Source: an uncultured bacterium
GTDB lineage: Bacteria; Verrucomicrobiota; Verrucomicrobiia; Verrucomicrobiales; V1-33
NCBI GenBank assembly: GCA_903954065.1
Contig: CAJBME010000343.1
Location: 5,876 to 69,875, forward strand
Reading direction: 5' to 3'
Length of the DNA stretch: 64,000 nt
The notes under the pieces are model-generated. The model did not search any database. It was given only the letters and a program-made list of their open reading frames with translations, and was not told the origin of the DNA. The position numbers and the translations under genes are program-made. Each line of letters starts with the position of its first letter. Position 1 is the stretch's first letter. Positions 20,402 through 30,418 of the stretch are shown in pieces.

Positions 20402-21280
20402 TCATCCGGCCAGCCCCTGCCACGTCCATAGATGAGGACCATATTCCCGGGCCAGATCCTCCCGCAAGCCAGTGGCCGGGCCGTCCTCACGCAACACGGC
20501 AAACAACGTACTGCCCGACCCGGACATCAAAGCCGCTGACACCTCAGGTCTAGCCCGCAACCACATCTTCAAGTCGGGCAACAGCAGATGTTTGGCAAAA
20601 ACCGGACGCTCCAAATCATTGACCAGTACCACCTCCGTTCCATCCGCCGCCACCAGCGTCTGCGGATCATAGTCGACACCCGGCAAACAGGGAGCCCCCT
20701 GCCACTGCTGATACGCCCACGGAGTAGGCACCGGAAAGGGCGGCTTGATCAGCAACACCGGCCACCCCAGCCGCCAGCCCGGCCTCGGCTCAATCAACTC
20801 GCCCCGGCCTCGACACCACGCCGCCCCCCGATGCAAAAAAAACGGCACATCCGAACCCACCCGGGCCGCCACCGCCGCCCAGACCTCATCCGGATACGTC
20901 AACCCCAACAGCTCGCGCACCCCACACAACGCCGCCGCCGCATCACTGCTGCCCCCACCCAGCCCAGCCCCGTGAGGAATACGCTTCTCCAAATGTATCT
21001 TCAACGCCGGTAACGGCCCGCATTCACGCGCCAAAAACATAAGCGCCCGCATGACAAGATTCGTGTCGTCCGCCGGCACCCCACTCTCAGAACAGGAAAA
21101 TTCAATCTCCCCATCGCGCCCACCCATTCTTTCCATCGTCAAAGAATCCGCCAGCCCCAACGGCACCATCAATGTCTCGAGTTCATGAAATCCATCCTCC
21201 CGCCGACGCAAAATACGCAGCGAGAGATTGATTTTGGCGGGAGCGGAAACAGTAAGCGTCATCTGCGGGTCTTTCATCAT
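20402..21280 (-). CDS. ispE: 4-diphosphocytidyl-2-C-methyl-D-erythritol kinase
   Basis: APAKINLSL, KRIPHGAGLGGGSSDAA, GSDVPFF, MSGSGS. Confidence 0.96.
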   Translation of the reverse strand: MMKDPQMTLTVSAPAKINLSLRILRRREDGFHELETLMVPLGLADSLTMERMGGRDGEIEFSCSESGVPADDTNLVMRALMFLARECGPLPALKIHLEKRIPHGAGLGGGSSDAAAALCGVRELLGLTYPDEVWAAVAARVGSDVPFFLHRGAAWCRGRGELIEPRPGWRLGWPVLLIKPPFPVPTPWAYQQWQGAPCLPGVDYDPQTLVAADGTEVVLVNDLERPVFAKHLLLPDLKMWLRARPEVSAALMSGSGSTLFAVLREDGPATGLREDLAREYGPHLWTWQGLAG

Positions 21281-21385
21281 GCGGCCAGTCCCTCCCCTCT
21301 ACCGCCAATTGCCCGCGAGTGAACGCAAATCTTTTGACCGCACTTCACTTCACCCTCACCCCACCTCACCCCCGCAGCCCGCACC

Positions 21386-22066
21386 CTACTCGGCTACCAT
21401 CCCCAGCACCGCACACATCCGCCCCGTCCGACCACGCTCCGCCCGATACGAATAAAATCGTCCCAGATCACTGGCCGTACACGTCCCATCATCGTGAATC
21501 TGCCCAGCCGGCACCCCACAGTCGCGCGCATCCCGTCGAATCATCGCCGCAAAATCAACTTCGTACCACGGCGGACGTATACACGGGCTGAGCTGCACCA
21601 CCAAATCCGCCGGCCGACTGCCACACCGCCTGACCAACTCGTCAATCCCACGCCGCACAATCCCCCCATCACTGCCGCGCCGACCCGAATGCAACAAGGC
21701 CACCGCCCGACACCGCGGATCCACCACATACACCGCACAACAGTCAGCCACATAAATCCCCAATCCACACCCCACCCGCGCCGACACTAACCCGTCCACC
21801 CCACCCATCAGCGCGCCCACACCATCCACACCGTCCACCCACGCCACCTCCACACCGTGAACCTGCTCCGCCCACACCAGCTGGTCAGAAGAAAACCCCA
21901 GACCGCCAGCCGCCGCCACATGGCCGCCACGCAATCGAGACACCGCCTCGTCCCGGTCAACCGCCACGTCCACCCCAGGAACCCGTAACGTCAATCCATG
22001 CCGCAACCAGCCACCCAGCTCACTCAAAGCCGGAAAAAACATCATCGGGTATCCCTCGCACTCCAT
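21386..22066 (-). CDS. YfiH/PgeF family (laccase-domain) protein
   Basis: QVHG, ADCCAV, HSGRRG, FYSYR motifs. Confidence 0.85.
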   Translation of the reverse strand: MECEGYPMMFFPALSELGGWLRHGLTLRVPGVDVAVDRDEAVSRLRGGHVAAAGGLGFSSDQLVWAEQVHGVEVAWVDGVDGVGALMGGVDGLVSARVGCGLGIYVADCCAVYVVDPRCRAVALLHSGRRGSDGGIVRRGIDELVRRCGSRPADLVVQLSPCIRPPWYEVDFAAMIRRDARDCGVPAGQIHDDGTCTASDLGRFYSYRAERGRTGRMCAVLGMVAE

Positions 22067-22295
22067 ACCAACCTACCGTCCCCCCAAAAACAAACCCCTT
22101 CAAGCCCAGACCCGATCCCCACCACGCTTCGCTCCGCCACACCCCACCCCCAACAGCTTTACGGATCGGCTTTTTATGATCCATCTTTGTGAAAATCCTA
22201 ATTTTTGCGATTATTACGATTATATTGAATTTCTTGTTGTCATATTTCATAATTATCAGAATATCCAGCCAACTACGTTTTTTGTTTTTGCTGGC

Positions 22296-24380
22296 ATGTT
22301 CACTTTTTCCCCTTCTTTTCTGATCTTGAGACCCGGCCGCGGGTGGCGTTGCCGGTCGGCAGCGGTCTGTCTGGTGGCTCTGCTGGGGGCGGGCTCACTG
22401 TGGAGTCAGGAGGTTTTGCAATCCTCACCGGCGTATGAGGAGGTGGCGGGGCGGTTGCGGAGCGGCAAGGAGCAGCATTATTCTTTCACGCGGGCGCTGC
22501 TTCGCGATGTGTTGCGGTTTTTGGCGGAGGATGCGGGGATCAACTACATGGCGTTGCCCGAGCAGGAAGGCGACAAGGACACGTTGATCACGCTCAACAT
22601 GGTGACCAGTCCGTTTATTGCTTTGGAGACGGTGGCCAACACCTATGGAGTGGCCTTGCTGCTCGACAATGGCATCTGGCACATGCGGCCGCTGGACGAC
22701 AAGCAGCTGATTGGGCGGACGTATCATTTGAAGTACAGTTCTCAGGAGCAAGTGACGACCGTTTCCAGCAGTTCGGGTGACGCGTTTGGCCCGATTGGTC
22801 GGGAGGCATTTTCGTCCAATTTGAATGGCGGAGGGGGCGGTGGCGGCATGGCGGGGGCCGGTCTGAATGCGGGAGCAAGCGGCGGCAGCCAGCAAGGTAT
22901 CAACCTTCAAGGGGGTGCGATCTCTCATCTGGCCGCCAATGCTGACCAACTCGTCAATGATGTGGAAAAAATCCTCGGTATCCCAACGCGGGGGTTTGAT
23001 GCGCTGGGCAGCCGCGAGGCGGTGACGGTGGATGATTTTGGCAAAGACCCGATGCGCACTCCGCAGCGACTGTACAACACAGCGGAGGAACAAGGCGACT
23101 CAAGTGCCCCACTGGACGAAAAGGCCGCCGTTTTCTGGAACAGCGACACCAACAACCTCTTTATTGTCGGCACCCGCCAGCAACACCAACTCGTGGAACA
23201 ATACCTGGCCGGGGTCGATCGCCCGCAGCCATTGATCGCCGTCGAAGTCAAATTCTTCGAAACCACCTCCGATCCGCGCAAACAATTCGGGATTGATTGG
23301 TCGCAAACCCTGGATGGCGGACTACCCGTGAATTTCCAGCCGGTCACGCCCGAGGGCGTGGATGCCCCGGCCGCCCCAGGAGCTTTCTCAGCCTTTGTCG
23401 ATTGGAATGACCCGTCCCAAAGCCTCTACCCACAAGGGGCTATCCTTTCATCGCGCTCGGCCTCGGTCAAAATTCAAGCCTTGTTGGCCGACCGCCAGAC
23501 GACGAGCACCAGCTATCCGCGGGTCCTGACCCGCAACAATCGGGAGGTCGTCATCCGCAACGTCGTCAACAAACCGGTCTTGGCCGCCAGTTCGTCCACG
23601 ACTCCCGGCGTCGGCGGCACCACCACCGCCTCCATCCAATACCTGCCCATCGGCACCACCATCAACATCCTGCCAAAGGTCAAGTCCGATGGCACCGTGG
23701 AAATGACCGTCAGCCTGCAGTTATCGAATATCATTGGCAGTGAAATCATCGGCGGCAACCCCTACCCCGTCGCCAGCTCGCGTTTGTACACCGCACCACT
23801 CAAAGTGGAATCCGGCTATACCGTAGCCATCGCCGGTCTCGACGAAGCCTTCGATTCCAAATCCGGCACCGGGGTGCCCGGCCTCAGCAAGATCCCGCTC
23901 ATTGGCAACGCCTTCAAAAACACCCAGCGGGAACGGTCAAAAAAATCCCTCTTGATGTTCATCACCCCGACCGTGCTCGATTCACATACCGCCGGCGTCA
24001 GCGAGAATCCGGCCTCGACCCTGCCCGTGCGACGCGAAGACCCGGCCATCCCCGCTCCTCGAATTTATGCCGACGGCACTCTCGTCGGCGGCGTGGCCAA
24101 ACTGCCCCAAGCCATTCAGTGGACGGACCGCCAACAAAGGATGATCAGTCGCCTGATTGCCGAACAACGGGGATCCGCCACCACCCCGCAGGACATCGCC
24201 GTTCTCCGGCGCGTCGTCACCACCCTGCAACACTACATCGACAACATGGAAAGGGCCCAGCCGAAACTGGCGGCCTCGCTGGCCGACCACCGGAACGCCC
24301 TGGCCACCGTCAAAACGCGCACGTGGCAGCTCCCCTTGGAAGAACGCAAAAACAACTACAGTGAGTTTCTCGGCCATTGA
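22296..24380 (+). CDS. Secretin (GspD/PilQ-like outer-membrane channel)
   Basis: Signal peptide; LRDVLRFLA N-domain; C-domain GVPGLSKIPLIGNAFK..LLMFITPTVL; start ATG 22296. Confidence 0.85.
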   Translation: MFTFSPSFLILRPGRGWRCRSAAVCLVALLGAGSLWSQEVLQSSPAYEEVAGRLRSGKEQHYSFTRALLRDVLRFLAEDAGINYMALPEQEGDKDTLITLNMVTSPFIALETVANTYGVALLLDNGIWHMRPLDDKQLIGRTYHLKYSSQEQVTTVSSSSGDAFGPIGREAFSSNLNGGGGGGGMAGAGLNAGASGGSQQGINLQGGAISHLAANADQLVNDVEKILGIPTRGFDALGSREAVTVDDFGKDPMRTPQRLYNTAEEQGDSSAPLDEKAAVFWNSDTNNLFIVGTRQQHQLVEQYLAGVDRPQPLIAVEVKFFETTSDPRKQFGIDWSQTLDGGLPVNFQPVTPEGVDAPAAPGAFSAFVDWNDPSQSLYPQGAILSSRSASVKIQALLADRQTTSTSYPRVLTRNNREVVIRNVVNKPVLAASSSTTPGVGGTTTASIQYLPIGTTINILPKVKSDGTVEMTVSLQLSNIIGSEIIGGNPYPVASSRLYTAPLKVESGYTVAIAGLDEAFDSKSGTGVPGLSKIPLIGNAFKNTQRERSKKSLLMFITPTVLDSHTAGVSENPASTLPVRREDPAIPAPRIYADGTLVGGVAKLPQAIQWTDRQQRMISRLIAEQRGSATTPQDIAVLRRVVTTLQHYIDNMERAQPKLAASLADHRNALATVKTRTWQLPLEERKNNYSEFLGH

Positions 24381-24464
24381 TGGCCGAGGGCCCACGAAGC
24401 GCCCCATTCCAGCCGTCTCTCCATTTGCATCCCTCCCGGAGCGCGGCCACTCTGCAGGGGTCGA

Positions 24465-26270
24465 ATGAATGTTGCTGCTGCGCTCCGCTCCAGTGCCCGT
24501 GCCGCGAGGGGCCTGTTGCTTGAAAGCTCGCTGGAACTCCTTCCCGCGCGACGGGTGTGGCGCCATTATTCATGGTCCAAGCTCCATCATGACATGGCCG
24601 CCGGGCTCAACGTGGCGCTCTTGGCCGTCGCGCAGGGACTGGCCTTCGCCGCCATGGCCGGTGTCCCCATCTCCCATGGCCTGACCTGCGCCGCCATCGC
24701 CTCGCTGGTCGGACCGCTGCTTTCCAGCTCGCGGCACACCATTCTCGGCCCCACGAACGCCACCGCCTTTCTCGTTTTCAGCGGCTTGTCGTTTCTTCCC
24801 GCCTCCGAGCGCGATGACATGTTGCCCGTGCTCATTTTCCTCGCCGGCACCCTCCTCGTCATCGCCGCTTACTGCCGCCTCGCCGACCTCCTGCAATACG
24901 TCAGCCGCTCGGTCATCGTCGGCTATCTGGCCGGATGCGCCCTGCTCATCATCGCCAATCAACTCGCCCCCGCCCTCGGGGTCAGCCCCGCCGCCGGCGC
25001 CACCACCTTCGCCGGCCTGATCGCCGGATTGATCGCCAGTCTGCCGTCCGTCCAGTGGCCAGCACTCGCGCTCTCCGCCCTCACCCTCGGCACCCACCTC
25101 CTCCTCCGCCGACGCTGGCCGCGTCTGCCAACCTTCGCCCTCGCCCTGGCCGCCGGCGCCCTCGCCGGCGCCGGCCTCAAGGCGCTGGACCTGCCCATCG
25201 ACACCCTACCCGCCTTCACCACCCGCGACCTCGTCCCCGCCATCCCCAACCTCTCAGATCCGGCGGTCTGGTCACGGCTGAGCCCGCTCGTCGGCCTAGC
25301 CTTCGCCATCGCTTTCGTCTCGGCCCTCGAAGGAACCATGATGGCCAAATCCCTCGCCAGCCGAACCGGCGACCGCGTCGACCTGAATCAGGAAATCCTC
25401 AGCGTCGGAGCCGCCAATCTAGCCACTTCGTTTCTCAGCGGCCTGCCGGCTAGTGGCTCCCTCACCCGCAGCTCGCTCAACTACGCCAGCGGAGCCGTCA
25501 GCCAAGCCAGCAGTCTGGTGGCCGGCCTCCTCTGCGCCACCGCCGCCATCGGCCTCGGCAGCGCCGTCGGCCACCTGCCGCGCGCCGCGCTCGCCACCCT
25601 CGTCATTGGCGTCGCCACCACCCTAGTCAATCACCGCCAACTCCGCCTCTGCCTGCGCGCCACCCGCTCCGATGCCGCGACCCTGATCGTCACGCTGCTG
25701 GCCACCCTCCTGCTGCCACTCCAAGTTGCGATTTTTGTCGGTGTCGGCCTTTCCATCATGCTTTATCTCCGGAAAGCCGCCCGCCCGGAATTGGTCGAAT
25801 ACGCGTTCACTCAACAAGGAGAACTCGCCGCCGCCGGCACCGCCGCCCCACGCCAACACCCAGCCATCTCCATCGTCCACGTCGAAGGCGAACTCTTCTT
25901 CGGCGCCGCCGAATTGTTTCGCACACAAATCCAGCGACTAGCCAGCGATACCCGCCTGCGCGTCATCATCCTCCGCATGCGCAATGCCCGCCACCTCGAC
26001 GCCACCAGCGTCATGGCCTTGGAAGAATTGGTTCATTTCATGCAGGCCAAAAACCGCTTTCTCCTGCTCAGCGGGATTTCCAAAGACGTCTACCGCGTGC
26101 TCAAAAATGCCGGCATGATCGAGGTCCTCGGTCGCGAAAATGTCTTTCCAGGGTCCGTCAAAAACCCCAATCTCGCCACCCGCAACGCCCTCCAACGCGC
26201 CCAAACCCTCCTCGGAACACGCGAGGCCGACATCCAAATCATGTACGACCCATCCAAACCGAGAGAATAA
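24465..26270 (+). CDS. SulP/SLC26 anion transporter with STAS domain
   Basis: AGLNVALLAVAQGLAFA, GPTNA, NQEILSVGAAN, GSLTRS, GELFFGAA, LDATS. Confidence 0.93.
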   Translation: MNVAAALRSSARAARGLLLESSLELLPARRVWRHYSWSKLHHDMAAGLNVALLAVAQGLAFAAMAGVPISHGLTCAAIASLVGPLLSSSRHTILGPTNATAFLVFSGLSFLPASERDDMLPVLIFLAGTLLVIAAYCRLADLLQYVSRSVIVGYLAGCALLIIANQLAPALGVSPAAGATTFAGLIAGLIASLPSVQWPALALSALTLGTHLLLRRRWPRLPTFALALAAGALAGAGLKALDLPIDTLPAFTTRDLVPAIPNLSDPAVWSRLSPLVGLAFAIAFVSALEGTMMAKSLASRTGDRVDLNQEILSVGAANLATSFLSGLPASGSLTRSSLNYASGAVSQASSLVAGLLCATAAIGLGSAVGHLPRAALATLVIGVATTLVNHRQLRLCLRATRSDAATLIVTLLATLLLPLQVAIFVGVGLSIMLYLRKAARPELVEYAFTQQGELAAAGTAAPRQHPAISIVHVEGELFFGAAELFRTQIQRLASDTRLRVIILRMRNARHLDATSVMALEELVHFMQAKNRFLLLSGISKDVYRVLKNAGMIEVLGRENVFPGSVKNPNLATRNALQRAQTLLGTREADIQIMYDPSKPRE

Positions 26271-26338
26271 CCGCCCACTAGAAAAAAAGCCCCCCTCCGA
26301 ACGCCCAGCCCGCCCGTGGAGCTCACCTCAATGCAGGC

Positions 26339-26418
26339 TCACGCGGAGGCGCAGAGCACGCGGAGAAAAAGAAATCTTCTGCTTCTGAATCTCTCCGCGT
26401 CTCCGCGCCTCCGCGTGA
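26339..26418. repeat. REP-like palindromic element
   Basis: Arms TCACGCGGAGGCGCAGAGCACGCGGAGA (26339-26366) and TCTCCGCGTCTCCGCGCCTCCGCGTGA (26392-26418); 1 mismatch + 1 indel. Confidence 0.75.
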
Positions 26419-26433
26419 ATAGCAGCCCTTACC

Positions 26434-26517
26434 AACTTCGCTACACGTTTGCCTGCACCCCAGTCCGCACTGGCGCAGGAAACATTGAAGGATCCCTACC
26501 TCTTCGACTTCCTAGGC
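26434..26517 (+). pseudogene. Internal fragment of a YhcG/DUF1016 PD-(D/E)XK nuclease gene
   Basis: Translates to NFATRLPAPQSALAQETLKDPYLFDFLG, the characteristic KDPY.FDFL block; no flanking homology. Confidence 0.7.
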
Positions 26518-26627
26518 CCCGCCGTAAAACTCCTGATCGCACCGAGGAAATCTTCCGCCACCCATCACGACGCCCCTTTCCCGGATCCAAAATCACCGCT
26601 CGGACAAATGCGATCAGTGGTCAGTGG

Positions 26628-27239
26628 TCAGACCGTGTGATCACCCCGGCCTGGAAACGGCCCCAGCGCACACGCGGCCGGACGCGCCCAGCGATGGCGG
26701 CGCTTCGCCACCCAGTCGTATCCAGCATCAGCCAGTGGACGCGGAATTAGCGCCAGCAAACCGCCCAAACGCCAAGGACACGGCAGCCGAGCCGCCACCG
26801 CCGCCACCGCCCGGGCTTTAACAAAGATTTCAGCCCCGGGTCGCCCAAACCCAGCTACCAGCACCATCGTCGACACCCCGCTCCCGCCATCCTGCCCGTC
26901 CGTCAAACCAGTGCCCGCCAGACACCGCGCCGCCAACGCCCCCTGCAACGGAGCAAACGTCAGATAACCGTCGCGATCGCGCCGCTGGAGCCAGCGCACT
27001 CGAGTCTGGCAAAAAAGACACTCCCCATCAAAAAATAAGACATCAGAACCGACCGCCGGATCACTCTTCTCAGAAGCCTCACCCGCGGTCACAGGCTCCA
27101 CAGGGGCATCTTCAGAAACCGAAGACCAAGCCGAAACCGAACGAAACGCAGCATCAGCCCCCGACCCCAGAACAACCGGAGCAGGGGCCAACTCCGGCGA
27201 CCGGGGCGAATGATCGGTCACGATCACGCTAGTTTCCAC
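26628..27239 (-). CDS. DCC1-like (DUF393) thiol-disulfide oxidoreductase
   Basis: FFDGECLFC (DxxCxxC), FAPLQG, YDWVAKRR; start uncertain. Confidence 0.8.
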   Translation of the reverse strand: METSVIVTDHSPRSPELAPAPVVLGSGADAAFRSVSAWSSVSEDAPVEPVTAGEASEKSDPAVGSDVLFFDGECLFCQTRVRWLQRRDRDGYLTFAPLQGALAARCLAGTGLTDGQDGGSGVSTMVLVAGFGRPGAEIFVKARAVAAVAARLPCPWRLGGLLALIPRPLADAGYDWVAKRRHRWARPAACALGPFPGRGDHTV

Positions 27240-28546
27240 GGACCGCGGTACTCGCGTCCCAGATGTTTAGACGCGTCTTCATCACCGATGATTTCTTCCC
27301 GGGCCGCATCCCACTTCAGAGTACGATTGACCTTCAGCGCAATGAGCGACAAATGCCCGGGGATAGCGCTGTGGTGGGCGGTTTCCACCGGTGTCACCGT
27401 TGGTTTGCGCGACTTCACACAGTCCAGGAAATTCCGGAAGTGGCCGGGCGTCGTGTACAGAGGTGTCTTATATTCAATGGCCCGGCGCTTCTTCGGATCA
27501 TTCCACTCCGAATTCGACGCCTCAAAACCACCGCGGTCCACCCAGACCCAGCCATCGGTGCCAATCCACTTCGTGCCGCCACGAATATCATCGTGTCCGC
27601 CAGCAATCGTCATTTTCACCCCGCCCGGATATGTCAGCTCGGTGCGGTACTTGGTGGCTGTATTCCACACCGCCGTCGACTCGGGGAAATCCACCTGCAC
27701 CGGTTTGATCTCGCTCGGGCCGCCGTTGTCCATGTCCATGCCCCAATGCGCAATATCACAATGGTGGCCGATCCAATCGAGGAGCTGCCCGCCGCCAATG
27801 TTGTAGTTCCAACGCCAGTTTTTGTGCACCCGCCCTTCAATATAATCTTCCATCTGCGCTGGCCCAATCCACATTTCGTAGTCCAACTGCGCGGGCGGCG
27901 CCGTCACCTGCGTCTTCGATCCCGTGCCCGCAAAATCGCTGTGGCCCGCGGGCAGCCCGACGTGCACCTCTTTCAACGTGCCAATCATGCCGCTGCGGAC
28001 AATCTGAGCCGCCAGCCGGAAATCATCCACCGAGCGCTGCCATGATCCCGTTTGCCAGATCCGCCCGTTCTTTTGAACCGCCTTCACAATCGCCTGCTGC
28101 TCGCGGATCGTGCGCGCCAATGGTTTTTCCCCAAAAATGTCCTTCTTCGTATTCGCCGCTTCCACCGAGACCAACCCGTGCCAGTTGTCGGGCAGAGCCA
28201 GCATAACCGCATCAATATCAGTGCGGGCCATCATCTCGCGATAATCATGATAACCCTTCGCGTCCTGGTTGCCATACCGGCCGTTGATGGCGTCCGTCGC
28301 CTGCTTGAGATGCTCTTTGTCCACATCACAGAACGCCACCACTTGGCAGTCGTCCTCATTCATAAAATTGCCCATATTCCCCGGCCCCTGCATCCCCCAC
28401 CCCGCACCCGCCATCGTGATCTTGTTCGACGGAGCCGTTTGCCCGTTCAGCCCGAGCACCGAGCCAGGAATCACCAGAGGAGCCGCCAGCACGGCAGACG
28501 ATTTGAGAAAGGAACGACGAGAAACGGACGAACCGGATGTTTTCAT
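27224..28546 (-). CDS. Tat-exported Gfo/Idh/MocA oxidoreductase
   Basis: SRRSFLK Tat signal, DIFGEKPLA, QTGSWQRS, DWIGHHCDIAHW. Confidence 0.92.
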   Translation of the reverse strand: MKTSGSSVSRRSFLKSSAVLAAPLVIPGSVLGLNGQTAPSNKITMAGAGWGMQGPGNMGNFMNEDDCQVVAFCDVDKEHLKQATDAINGRYGNQDAKGYHDYREMMARTDIDAVMLALPDNWHGLVSVEAANTKKDIFGEKPLARTIREQQAIVKAVQKNGRIWQTGSWQRSVDDFRLAAQIVRSGMIGTLKEVHVGLPAGHSDFAGTGSKTQVTAPPAQLDYEMWIGPAQMEDYIEGRVHKNWRWNYNIGGGQLLDWIGHHCDIAHWGMDMDNGGPSEIKPVQVDFPESTAVWNTATKYRTELTYPGGVKMTIAGGHDDIRGGTKWIGTDGWVWVDRGGFEASNSEWNDPKKRRAIEYKTPLYTTPGHFRNFLDCVKSRKPTVTPVETAHHSAIPGHLSLIALKVNRTLKWDAAREEIIGDEDASKHLGREYRGPWKLA

Positions 28547-28693
28547 GACTTTTTAGGGAATCAGAGATGGATCGAATAACGACGGCATTAGACCGCTGCC
28601 AAACACAGGCAGAAATTCATCATCGCGCAAGCCGGGAGTTTTCCCCGGTTGATCGCGACCGCGGACCGGGCCATACTCATCGTTTTACGCTCC

Positions 28694-30418
28694 ATGCTCC
28701 GCGACCCATCTACAAAATATCGCGCGTTTCCTCAGGTGCCATTGGTCAACCGCCAGTGGCCCGCACGCACCCTCAGTCAGCCACCCATCTGGTGCAGCGT
28801 GGACCTGCGCGACGGCAATCAAGCACTAGCCGTGCCCATGAACGTCTCGCAAAAATTAGAGCTGTTCGATGCCCTCGTCCGCTGCGGCTTTAAAGAAATC
28901 GAGATCGGCTTCCCCTCAGCCTCCAATACCGAGTTTGCCTTCAACCGCCGCCTCATCGACGACGGTCGGATCCCAGATCACGTCACCATCCAGTGCCTCG
29001 TGCAAGCACGAGAAGACTTGATCGAACGCACGTTCGAATCGCTCGTCGGCGCCAAAAACGTCATCGTTCATTTATACAATTCCGTCTCGCCCGCCCAACG
29101 CCGCGTGGTCTTCGGCTTAGAAAAACCGGAAATCATCAAACTCGCCGTGCGCGGCGCCACGTGGGTCCAGCAACGAGTCGCCGCCCTCGAGGCCGGAGGC
29201 ACTCGCGTCACCCTCCAATACTCGCCCGAAAGCTTCTCCCTCACCGAACTCGAGTTCTCCCGCGAAATCAGCGAAGCCGTCATGGACGTTTGGCAGCCAA
29301 CCCCCGAACGGAAAATGATCCTCAATCTGCCCGACACCGTGCAAATTGCCGGTCCCAACGTCTACGCAGATCAAATCGAGTGGATGGTCACCCACCTCAA
29401 AAATCGCGAGTCGCTCGTCATTTCCCTCCACACCCATAACGATCGCGGCACCGGCACCGCCGCCACCGAACTGGGATTGATGGCCGGCGCAGACCGAGTC
29501 GAAGGCACTTTGTTTGGCAATGGCGAACGAACCGGCAATCTCGACATCGTCAATGTGGCCATGAATTTATACATGCAGGGTATCGACCCCCGGCTCGACT
29601 TCTCCGACCTCAACGCCCTCCGCGAGGTCTATGAACGCTGCACCGGAATGAGCGTGCCACCACGCCAGCCGTACGCCGGCGAACTAGTCTTCACCGCCTT
29701 CAGCGGCAGCCACCAAGACGCCATCAAAAAAGGCCTGAATGAATGGGAAAAAGGCGGACGCAGCCACTGGGACGTGCCCTACCTGACCATCGACCCCGCG
29801 GACCTCGGACGCGAATATCGCGAGGTCATTCGCGTCAATAGCCAAAGCGGCAAAGGAGGCGTCGCCTACTTGCTCGAAAGTGAATTTGGCATCGAACTGC
29901 CCAAAGAACTCCAACGCGAATTCGGCCCGCTCGCCAATGACGAGGTCGACCGTCTCGGCCGCGAGGTCAGCGCCGCCGAACTTCAGGCCATGTTCTGGAA
30001 AGAATACATCGATCGCACCAGCCCGTGCGAATTGCACCACTTTCACGTCGATGGCGTGGACGGCGTGTTCCGCTGCCGCGCCAGCGTGCTCATGGAAGGA
30101 AAAGAGGTCAAAATCGAAGGCGATGGCAACGGCCCCATTGCCGCATTTGTCACTGCCCTCGTCCACCATGCCCGCGTGCCCGCCTTCACCGTGGCCACCT
30201 TCAAACAACAATCGCTCAGCGCCGGCACCGAAGCGAGCGCCCTCGCCTTCATTCAAATTAAAACCAACGATGAAAGGCACATCTGGGGAGCAGGCGTCGA
30301 CACCAATATCGAGCTGGCCTCCATCAAAGCCGTCATCAGCGCAGTCAATCGGGCCGCTACCCGCCCGACCAGCCCAGCCGGCGCACCGCCCCCCACAACA
30401 GCCCCCCTGCCGACATGA
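28694..30418 (+). CDS. leuA: 2-isopropylmalate synthase
   Basis: DLRDGNQAL, HTHNDRG, GNGERTGN, AFSGSHQDAIKKG, RVNSQSGKGG. Confidence 0.96.
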   Translation: MLRDPSTKYRAFPQVPLVNRQWPARTLSQPPIWCSVDLRDGNQALAVPMNVSQKLELFDALVRCGFKEIEIGFPSASNTEFAFNRRLIDDGRIPDHVTIQCLVQAREDLIERTFESLVGAKNVIVHLYNSVSPAQRRVVFGLEKPEIIKLAVRGATWVQQRVAALEAGGTRVTLQYSPESFSLTELEFSREISEAVMDVWQPTPERKMILNLPDTVQIAGPNVYADQIEWMVTHLKNRESLVISLHTHNDRGTGTAATELGLMAGADRVEGTLFGNGERTGNLDIVNVAMNLYMQGIDPRLDFSDLNALREVYERCTGMSVPPRQPYAGELVFTAFSGSHQDAIKKGLNEWEKGGRSHWDVPYLTIDPADLGREYREVIRVNSQSGKGGVAYLLESEFGIELPKELQREFGPLANDEVDRLGREVSAAELQAMFWKEYIDRTSPCELHHFHVDGVDGVFRCRASVLMEGKEVKIEGDGNGPIAAFVTALVHHARVPAFTVATFKQQSLSAGTEASALAFIQIKTNDERHIWGAGVDTNIELASIKAVISAVNRAATRPTSPAGAPPPTTAPLPT

